A DNA stretch of 64,000 bases from Saccostrea cucullata (taxonomy: Eukaryota), in the NCBI RefSeq assembly GCF_032062105.1, contig NW_026936399.1:372001-436000 (forward strand). The letters run 5' to 3'. Shown piece by piece: positions 40,917-51,633 of this stretch. A program made the position numbers and the translations under genes. The stretch's first letter is position 1. The number at the start of each line of letters is the position of its first letter. The notes under the pieces are model-generated. The model had not been told where the DNA came from. It was given only the letters and a program-made list of their open reading frames with translations, and did not search any database.

Positions 40917-43299
40917 TTTGACTTTATGTATATTTCTATTTGTTTACATTTAGCAAACTACATCTACATATGTAGATCTAGTTGTGTATTCATACGCCGT
41001 GATTAAGTTTTGAGTGTGTTATAGGAATTTGAATGTTTTGGATTTCCAATGCATTTCTTTGGTGAGAATTACACTGAATGTAAATATTTCCATATATTTC
41101 ATTCTTTAAAAGAAATAAAAATTATCAAAACAGCAATAAGCATATTACCTCTACATATTTCTTGACCAAGGCTGTTCTATCCATGAAAAATACAATCACG
41201 TACATACCATAACTACAATATTTCATTTACCAAATCCTACTTTAAATGGTTATAATGTACATAAGTATAAACATTAGAATATCTTTGTTTGTTAGTAGGG
41301 TAATTAACGTTAACGTTACATGTATTGCTGGAAAAAATTACAAAACCCGCATACGCAGGTTATGCCTTTTTTCTGCATCAGCGGCAAAATTAATTACCGT
41401 ACTAACAACCCAAAGAAGGTATTTTATTGTTTAATAATACGACCTTTCAAAATTAAGGTAATAGTCGTAGTCAATGAATGGATCGAAGGAGCAATGATTG
41501 CAGAATTGATGGACATGATACTCGAACGACAAACTATGTGTTATTTGAATCTTTACGTTGTTATGCTTACGTTTTACTGCTTAGTTATTTTTGAAATAAA
41601 ATGCTAAAATCAGATTAAAGTGTGAAGATTATTATCAATCAAATATACTAAGCTGTGTTCGCAAAATAAGGCGAACATTTCAAACCTTTTTTTTTAAAAG
41701 AGACCAATTTTGAAGATTTAAATTATCTCTCCAGAAAATCATTTTTAGAGTATAAAAGCATTTTGGTAAAATTATTTTTGTCAATATCTCTATTTCACTG
41801 GTCATTAGATGCATTCGTGATTAGAACCTAATCAACTTGGGATTTCATTTGATCTCTGAATATAACCACGAGGCTCTAATACACAAGATTAACTATTAAT
41901 TCCTGCCTTCAATCCGTTTTACTATAAGAATCCTTGTATAAGATACAGGAGTGGTTTTTAGTCGATACGGATTTGAATGCGCCGATACAGTCAGCAGCTC
42001 CTCCATTTACTGACTGCTCGATTTATATGCCAAGATTTGCTTCAAATTTCTGCGGATATTTTTAATTGTTTTCACATATGTGTTTATATCAAGATGTTTT
42101 AATTCATTAATAATGTTTTTATGTCACTTATTCCTACACTGTAAATTCAATAACACTTCAAACGTTTTTTTTTCCTTTTATGATTACGAACAGAAACCGA
42201 AACAATGCAAATTTGGAGCACAGGAAAGACGGGCTTCCAATCAGTTAAGAGGCATAAAAATGTGCATGTTACATAGAGCGGACTCTTTCGTATCGAATCA
42301 ACTGGAAGATATAAACCCCATATGCAGGTGTTAAGGGTATATTGCTAAATAGGTATTGGCATAGTTTGTTGACCATATATATATAGCCACATAAACACCA
42401 ACAAGAAACAAACAACGTTTTATTTTGCATGTATGTTTCCTCTTATTATTTAAGAGACTCGTACATGTACCCGTTTGTGCATATCTTCGGCTTTCTTTAA
42501 ACTTTATATCAATCTCTCTTATATTCCTCCCATACTTATATGTGTTAACCGCCAACTATATAACCTGCACCTTCATCATCACTTCTCTTACAGCCTATTG
42601 TGACTATCTTCATCAGTCACGTATTAAATTGATTAACAAAGCTTTTATACGTCTTCCTGGTTTTTAAAAAAAATGTACATGTTAACAATCCGTAAATCTC
42701 TTATGCTCTCATACAGTAAAAATAAGATCAGTAGCCAAATGTGTATAAATGAATTGCAAAACAACTGTAAGAAGCACGTAGCACAATTGCTACGGTAACA
42801 AAGTTTAGCTATTATTTCCCCCAAGAGAACAATGCTCAGAAGATATCAAAATTGGTCCCTTGTTAACAAAGGAAATAAAACATAATCTTAAGTTTCTAAA
42901 GAAGGCTAGTTTCAAATTCAGTATTGATTTTGGTTTACAGCATTCACAGAAAAAGTTTGAAGGATTAGAGAAATTTTGTAAAATCTCCTTACTTTGATTA
43001 ATTTTTTTAATCAATCTTAACCTTTAAAAAGTCGGTTTGTTACATACATTTCCTTGTGCTTATGCATAAAATAATGAACGATAGATAAAATTATACTCAT
43101 TCGCTGATTTTTCTCCACAAGGAAAAAAACCCTTCAGTTTAGTGCAAAAGAAACTATAGAGAAATCAAAGTTCTTTTTCTGCTACCTTTGTTTTTAACTT
43201 AATCCGAACTCTGAGACAAACATAATTGCAGGTGTTTGATAAATGATGAAATTGTTCCAAGTGTCACCCAAAAATAGATATTTAAAAGAGCCATAACCT

Positions 43300-43624
43300 A
43301 CATCGTTGATTATGAAGAAATAAAATTTATGATAAAATTTCCAAAATTTTGAAGTATGTGGTTCCAGGGTCACTGGTTCCTTTGGGGTTGGGTTCACAAC
43401 TGGTTATAAAAGGGAAGTGCATTTTCTCTTTGTTACTCTGATCTACGTCTGGGTATTAAGAAAATAGCGTAAGCATGACAAGTTTATAATTAGGATAAGC
43501 AATTGTGCCTCTTTCAAAATTGTGAATTTCATGGTCTCTGGTTTAAAACACGAACCAAATTCAATTGTTGGAAAGTTGTTGCATGATACTCAGGTGACCT
43601 ATAAGGCCCGTGGGTCTCTTGTTT
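43300..43624. mobile_element. Helentron/HINE remnant
   Basis: Ends ctcaggtgacctataaggcccgtgggtctcttgtt, resembling the hairpin + CTTGT terminus of these elements. Confidence 0.5.
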
Positions 43625-45023
43625 ATTAATGAAACGAATTTGCAACTTTAGAATTTTAACAATATGTCATTTTTCCTCTTCTAGTTTCATAAGATTTTCA
43701 TGGCTTCGTTAATTCCCCTGGGAAAAGGAAAGTAATTAATTTTGGTAATGATATTTAAGAGCTTAGGAGAAAAAAGATTAGAAATTTAATCTTGGTCTGC
43801 TGTTTCCTGTTTTCCTTGAGAAGTATTACAACTTAAGAGGATTAATTATGACATCAATATAACTTCTTTTTTAACATTTTTGAGATGCGTGAAGATATCT
43901 TTTTATTTGACTTATTCTTGAAAAAAATGGGAACCAAAATGATATTGTGCATTTGCAAATTGAAGAAATAAGACATAAAGTAAAAAGAAAATTATTAATT
44001 GACTAATGTGAGACATATAGCAAGATGCAAGTGAACAAGAAAATATCAGTAACCCATTTACTTAAGATTGTTTCAAGCAACATGTGAATTTACAAAAGCC
44101 TTTTCAAAGTTTGAGATACATGTTATAAATAATAAACACAGAAATCACATATTATAATACAGGTTCATTTTCTACACAAATAAATGAATGAACAAGAATG
44201 ATTTCCACTCAATCGTTCATAGATTTTGTAGGAACTTTTTTTTTCTTTGTAAATTTTGTTTGGCGAGATTAAAAATATCCAAGTTAAGTAAACCTTTTTC
44301 TAATATGATTCAGAATATTATTACTGGTTTTCAATTAGAAAAGTACTAATCAGTGATCGAATAAAAAATCTACATTCAATACAAAAAATACTAGTATGTG
44401 AACAGGGCTTAAAGAATGGACCATAAAAAATTCTAGAGGTGGTTTCAGGTGCCATAGAGGAGTAAGCATCCCTCACTTACTGGTCACACCCGCAGAGAGT
44501 CCTATTTATTTATTTATTCGGCAGACGGAACATTTCCGTACTTAAATTCGGAATTAAAACAAACATTTAAAAGTTGGTATAAACGTCAGCCAAATACGAC
44601 CCAATAGTGTCATATATTTGTTAACAAGGTTATTTTAACCACCATACAACTGACATATGCTGGTTTTACAAGAGGGTGTTGAAATATCTTTACCATCAAT
44701 TATGACGGTATTAATAGTGCCTATATAAAAACCTTTTTTGGAAAATCAACGTTTTCAAACGTGTAATTCGTTAATAGTTCATTAACATAAAACATAAAGG
44801 AAAACAACGCTTTTTTGTAGTTTTAATTTGACATATTTACATTATTCAAAACTATCAGATTATAATACGCATATATACAAATATGTTCGTTTTTATTTGT
44901 GTATGAAATTATCTTTTAGCCTTTCAATCATTGCAATATACATACAAAGAATTCACCCAAAATATGTCCCACCTTAACTTAAACCATTTTTTTCTGTAAA
45001 ATTATGAAAACGTTCTTACAAAT

Positions 45024-45025
<2 letters not shown>

Positions 45026-45106
<81 letters not shown>

Positions 45107-45620
45107 CACATTTTACAACAACTCTTAAACTAACATAACTGCCCTAAGTGAAGAAATATTAATACAGAAAGCACAAAGAAATTCACTTTTACATGGATAC
45201 CCACTTCCGCCCCAGCCCGGGGTTGAACTCTCGACCTTCGGAATCTGTCTCCTAGCAGTGCAGGAACAGCGCGCTCAACCGCTCGGCTATCTAGGCAAGT
45301 AAAAACTTGCTTTCGATGCCGATGGAAATTAAACACCTATTGGCGGCGCTGCCCTACACTACACGGTCATTGAGAATAGAAGTAGGATACAGTTATTTGG
45401 ACATTAGTTTTAACAGAGGATTGTTACCAATACATGTTGTAATGAAATTAATTATTATTTATAAAGCACATTTTACAACAACTCTTAAACTAACATAACT
45501 GCCCTAAGTGAAGAAATATTAATACAGAAAGCACAAAGAAATTCACTTTTTTCATGGATACCCACTTCCGCCCCAGCCCGGGGTTGAACTCTCGACCTTC
45601 GGAATCTGTCTCCTAGCAAT

Positions 45621-45696
<76 letters not shown>
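45026..45696 (-). mobile_element. tRNA-containing 360-bp unit in about 1.44 tandem copies, embedded in a (TA)n microsatellite
   Basis: 45101-45258 is repeated almost exactly at 45461-45618; (TA)n on both sides. Minus strand has A box tagccgagcgg and B box gagttcaacc. Confidence 0.8.
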
Positions 45697-45698
<2 letters not shown>

Positions 45699-46970
45699 TT
45701 TTTAATTTTTTGGGAAAAAAATTCGCGTTTAAACGTTAAACTAAAAGAGAAAGCCACATTCCGTGTGATTATAATTTTAACAACTGGTTTAAAATTAGCA
45801 TATATGATCAACCACTATTTAGAAAAAAAATCTAGATATCACAAACTGCTTACTCCTTTTAAGCTATAAAAAAAACTCATATGCAATAAAACACGTAATC
45901 GAACAAAATATGATAGATTTAACTGAGTTACCGGTACTTTAAACATTTAAAAAAACATATTTATATAACTAAAGGTAAAAGATTACAATTAGCTTTTGGT
46001 ACATGTTACTTTGTAAGAAATTCAAGTCATGTTTCTTTAACATTGAAAAAATAGATTTGGCATGTTTGTAATTTTTGAAAAACACAAATGACTAAACTTG
46101 TCTTTTTAAAAAAAGGCAAAATAAGTAATTTTCATTTATAGATGCATAGAAATAATATGAACTTCATATTATCAAGTTTATTTCATGTTCAAACATGAAA
46201 TATTTATGCTCACATATTTTTTTCACAGTTTTATAAAGTATAAATGATGTATTCATTGATTTTTGGCTGAAGTTGAAATTCTACCAGTTTCTGAAAATGG
46301 AATTACAAGATAAATTGACATATTTCCTGAAAAATGTGTTCCCCAAGGTGACGCAATGGTCGTCGTTTATTTTCTGTTCAATGATATTTCCCTTCCTGAG
46401 TGTGTCAACGTTTTATCGAAATTCCATCATACTAAACCCTTGGGGGATCAGAGATGATATAGTGTATAATTAAATATTATATTAATCGCAAAAGACATGC
46501 AAGATGCCAATCTACCGTAAATGGTATCGCAAAAAGAAAATGTAAATGTTCCCCATTTTGTAGAGTTTATGTAGAATGATAAGCTTCGGGTTAATTAAAG
46601 TAATATATTTAAAGCATATTTGTTTTCTTTTTCAAACACTTTTAAATTATTCAGATCTTTTAATTAAAGTTTTCTAAATTTTGATTATTCAAAATTCACA
46701 TTGCGATTAAGTGTAAGCATTTATCAAACTATAACAATTGCAAAAAAAAAATTAAAATTAAGATGAATAAAATGTATAATATTCTATGTACTTTAATGTA
46801 GATGCACCTATGATTAATTAACAATGTATTTTAAAATCATGAATATTATAAATATATCTAAATAATCAAAAATGTTCATAGTATGTTTCCAACATAAATC
46901 AATTTAAATATATAAACACTGGTGCATTGTTGCATACAAACATAAATTAACCCTGTTTTATGAAACTGTA

Positions 46971-47360
46971 CTAAATTTTCAGGGGTTTTACTGAAGGACT
47001 TTTATTTTCTGCCTTAATTTCATCCGCTTCCAAAGGAATATTAACCTTAAGGTCTATTTTTGGTAACAGTGTCTTCTTGCTGTCTTCATTGTTTCTCTCC
47101 AGGTATTCATCATAATAATCCACTTCCTGTCCTTCTCTGCGCTGCTTCCGGATCTGGGTTGCTATGAGAACCATTAACGCTGTGCCATAGAACATGATCA
47201 CCACGACTACGTAAAGTAGCTCATTAAGATTGCTGTCCTTGAACGTCACAGTTTCTCCTTTAATCTCAATAATCAAGGAGTTATTTAATTTTCGAAGTAA
47301 ATCTGGATCTGACGAATTGAGATGAACATGAACGGTTGCCATTGTGCTTCTGAAAGGCAT
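46971..47360 (-). CDS. KCNE/MinK-like single-pass membrane protein (paralog 2), 129 aa
   Basis: Sequons NSS and NNS; TM region 'NELLYVVVVIMFYGTALMVLIATQIRKQRRE...YYDEYLE' versus recalled KCNE4 '[31 protein letters not shown]'; single coding exon. Confidence 0.75.
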   Translation of the reverse strand: MPFRSTMATVHVHLNSSDPDLLRKLNNSLIIEIKGETVTFKDSNLNELLYVVVVIMFYGTALMVLIATQIRKQRREGQEVDYYDEYLERNNEDSKKTLLPKIDLKVNIPLEADEIKAENKSPSVKPLKI

Positions 47361-47931
47361 ATTATATTGATCGTTTTACACTTTCATTAAATCTAGCCAC
47401 CGTTAAATGAAATTAAACAGAAGACTTGTGGACATCATTAAAGTGCTATTCATTAGATTGTTGATCAAATAAAGTGGACCAAGAAAGCTAAAATGATTAA
47501 ATTGAATTAGTTTTTCTACATACCTGTTCAATTCAGGTGCTCTGAAAAATATACACATGTATTCGATTTTGTGTATCCATATTTCATTTATATTAGGAAG
47601 GAAGTGATAGACATAATCATATTGAATGTTATTGGTTGGGATTTGTATTATTACAACGACTCAACTAACTATTTCTTTAACATAAAGAACTTTGAAAAAA
47701 ATGAGTGTTGAAGTAAATAGTCTAAAAAAAAAAACAAAGGACTTAACAAATTAAGATATCTTAAAATTCCTAACTCTTAAAAACCAAAACATAAAAAATG
47801 TCTCATACTCTAATAACACTTTCATTTGTTTGACACTCTTCACAATAAGCAGTATAAACAATGATCAGTTTGACGACAAATCCTGGCCTTAATATCCAGT
47901 ACACCAACAAACATAACATGAGCTACTGTAC

Positions 47932-48144
47932 CTTTTTTCTCTGTATACATCTCACTCCTGTTTTTATCCTAGGTAAACTTCCTCTTTAAGTTTTTTTTCT
48001 TCTCCTTCACAGCCTGTATCAGGCAGATCTCAGTCGCTGGTCTCCCAACAGGAGGTTGCTATTGATTGGAAATCAGAACCAATGGCTGAAAAATCCGCAG
48101 TTGAGTCACACAACAGCTAAACGGTGTAACGTTAGATTTATATA
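47932..48144 (-). promoter_or_regulatory. Putative TATA promoter and non-coding first exon of KCNE-like paralog 2
   Basis: TATATAAA (minus) at 48137-48144; TGAGTCA AP-1 site at about 48102; donor AAG|GTACAG at 47932; acceptor ttttag at 47488. Confidence 0.4.
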
Positions 48145-48559
48145 TTGGTCTCAAAAGCAAAACAAAAAAAGCATATCATATGTATATATGTTTATATAAT
48201 ATAAAACGTAGGTGTAAAAAAAATATCCAACAAATTCAAAAAAAAAGAATTCCGTCTTATTTGAAATTATTGGATACTTGGAATACTTTGCATAATTTAT
48301 ATTTTAAGCTACTATTTGGTATAAAGTCATTATTTCAAAATCTTTTTTAAGGGAAAAAAATATGTTGAATCGAAAATTAAAATCAAATACTAGTAAATTG
48401 CAATATACATATACATAAATAAAATTCATTCACCACAATAACTGTTTAAAAATGTTTTGATGAATGTTCTATCTCGTTTTCAATAAAATTTTATCGCACT
48501 TAGAATGATACTTAACACTGCCTAAGTGATCTTGATTTTTTACTTACTAGTGTAGTACA

Positions 48560-49235
48560 TAGTAATATAGTAATGTATTCAAAACACTGACCTCCAAAAC
48601 ATCAGAGGCTGGATCAGGTGCCAGGAAGGGGTGTGCATCCCCTGCTGACCGGTCACATCCGCCGTGTGCTCCTTGTCATGATAGGGAAATAACGGAAATA
48701 ACCATCGTCAATTCAGTGAATAAAGAATGGACTAAGTACATGTAACAATTAGTATGAAAACGTCAGTCAGCATTTAATCTAATGATAAAGTGTATTTGCT
48801 GACAAGGTCAATGTCAATTCAGTGAATAAAGATTGGACTACATGTAACAATTAGTATGAAAAACGTCAGTCAGCATTTAACCTAATGATAAAGTATATTT
48901 GCTGACAAGGTCAATGTATTGACAATAGAACTTACGAAATGATGACTTTAAACGAGACTGCTAAAATGCTTGTTTCATCAACACGTTGTTTGTCAAAAAT
49001 TTACCTCGATTTAGATATCGTTCATATATAGAGGATGCTCTTGCCTATCGAATCAACTGAGATACATAAACTACGCATGCAGGTGATGAAGGTATATTGC
49101 TGCATAAGTAAGGGAAGTTGACGATAGAAAAGTGTTAAAGTTATCACGTTTATCATAGAGTTTGGTTGTTAGACTACCATTAACGTCTTTTTCAAGTAAA
49201 ATATCCAAATATGAAACAGATGTGTCAGACTCTTT
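48560..49235 (-). mobile_element. Penelope-like relic with an internal direct duplication of about 105 bp
   Basis: Conserved 3' motif at 48612-48680; gtcaattcagtgaataaaga...gctgacaaggtcaatgt occurs twice (48708-48917). Confidence 0.75.
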
Positions 49236-50504
49236 TGCATACTCACAAAGATATATCTTATTGACATAAGAATGCTAGATTGTTTGCTATGAAGACTTTT
49301 GATGAACCCCAAAGGTTTGGAAGAAATTAAGCAAAGTCCACACCTTATAATGATAACTTTATATATAATTATACTACGACCAATTCTGACATCTAAAATT
49401 ATTTTGATGTGTTTTATCTGCAATTTAGTTCATCGTAAAATTAATATTAAACAGGGTCAACTTACATACAGGAATATACTATTTACATAAAATGCTTGCT
49501 GATTAAAGGCAATGCATCGAAATAGAAAATTGGAAATATGTGAATTTTGTATGATGAAAGATGTTTCTTAATTGTGTTTTAATGTGAGCATATTTACTTA
49601 AGAATTTAAGATGTCAATACAAGTACAAACACCTTGCTAAATGAAAAACATTTTATTCATAACTTTTGTTCAACATCAAGGATAAGATAAACAGACATTC
49701 ATGTTTTGAATTATCAAAAGTATGTGAATAAAGAATGGGATATTAAGAGTTATTAAACAATCTATGATGCATATTAAGGGGAAAAAACAAGATATATTTT
49801 TGAATGGATGAGGTTTAAGAAGGTTTATACTGATGGGTTTAAATAAAAGAAATACTATTTCAACAGAAAAACAAAAGGGAAATATTCATTTTCTCAAGAC
49901 AACTCATCACAAAATCAAAGTAATGTTCAGTAGCATATTTTAAAGTAACGAAAACATGCTTATTGTACATAAATATTCATTAGATAAAATATTTGTGACT
50001 AAATAAAAGAAAAGGTGATTAATTTTACATTTACTTCTGTAAAAATCCTTGCCATTCAAACAGAATTGAACATAATACATAATACTTATTAGTGTATCTT
50101 GACAAATAATTTCCTTCACGATTGTCATAAATGTAAGAAAATGTTAATACATGAAAAAGCTCAATAGAATTATGCCAAAAACATATGTTTATATAGTTAA
50201 CCAAAATAAATGTAAATGAGATCGTAAAATCTTTCACATCTTGAACACAATTAACAAAGTATTTAAAAAATAACATTTTCATAAGTTTTATTAAAATATA
50301 CTTACCAAGTTGTTAAAAAAGTTGTATTTATCTAACTATTTGAATATTTCCATACTGTATCGTGAAATAACACGATAAAATTTGAAATTAATTTTTTTGA
50401 AAAGAAACTCTGTTCATTTTTATTTTCTTCTGAGTACCAAACTCGTGCATTTACAAACATAAATCAAATGTCAAATGCAAAATGATCATATGATGAGGTA
50501 TAAT

Positions 50505-51280
50505 TGAACCTGAATACTTCTCCTATGTGGACAGACAAAAAGTAACCCCATCTTAATTAATAACAAATCTCATCTGAGTATATCTGTTGTGAGATGTTAC
50601 CTAAGCATAAAAACTAACATCTGAATATCTTTCTTGTGTGAACAGACAAGGTGTAATCTCATCTTCATAACAAATCTCATCTGAATACATCTGATTTGAG
50701 ATATTACCTCTAACATGTGAATTTCTCATCTGAATCATCGTACAGTCTATCTTACCTCATCTAAATAACTAACCTCATCTAAATAAATAACCTCATCTGA
50801 ATAACTAACCTAATCTGAATACCTCTCCAGTCCTTTGTGAGAAGACGAGGGGTAAACTCATCTGATACCATTCCCTTGCGAACAGAAGAGATGTTTCATC
50901 TACAGAACAACTAACCTCAACTGGACACTTTCCTATGTAAACAATCTAAGTGTAACCTCATCTGAATACCTCTTCCATGTGAACATACGAGGCCTGTCTT
51001 CATCTGATTTAATCTCCTGTATGAAAAGACCAGCGGTAACCTCGTCTGATACCTCTCATTTGTTAACAAACGAGAAGTTACATCTTCAGAAAAACTAACC
51101 TTAACTGAATACCTTTCCTGTGTAAACAGTCTTAGTGTAACCTCATCTAAAAAAAAACTCTCTTAAGTGAACCTAAGAGGCCTATCTTCATCTGAATACC
51201 TCTTCTATGTGAACACATGAGGTGTAACCTCATATGATCGTGCCTCTCCTATGTGAACACATGAGGTGTCATCTGATCAT
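50505..51280. repeat. Degenerate tandem repeat with core acctcatctgaatac, in the probable 3'UTR of the cytokine receptor
   Basis: Many ctcatctga cores alternating with tgtgaaca motifs. Confidence 0.8.
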
Positions 51281-51633
51281 GCTCCTACGAAATGCATTTT
51301 TCCTGCCTTAAATATACTAAACCTGTTTCCAATTATTCTTTTGAATTAGATGTACAAAAATGATCTCTTCATTTTGAAATAATGTATGTCTATGTACACT
51401 AATTAGATTTAGATTTCAGTTAAAGAGTCCCTGAGTGTATTTGTGCAAAAGTGCCTGAAACACTAATTAGACAATTCATTCGATGTTTTCCTGAGTACAG
51501 CACAAAATTGCATGTAGATATCATCATTCAGCCTTTTTTCACAGCTGCTGGATATTTTTCCTTGAATGATTTATTTCTGACAATGCAATTTTAGTTATTC
51601 TTTTAATGTTATTGCAAACTCGCTCTCTTAACT

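Larger units (their letters stand above)
37754..41083 (-). mobile_element. Crypton (tyrosine-recombinase DNA transposon), full length, inactivated
   Basis: YR motifs in the ORF. Boundaries are defined by the interrupted Penelope tail (gaataccgttcgtcattt | ttccatatatttcat; compare the uninterrupted 18252-18282). No TSD; terminal hairpin. Confidence 0.85.

Noticed and set aside
45485-45811. IY-repeat ORF
   Set aside because: Translation of the (TA)n microsatellite.
50505-51280. Hammerhead ribozyme array (CAGATGAG resembles CUGAUGAG)
   Set aside because: The core differs at the invariant U, and no matching GAAA or stems were seen.
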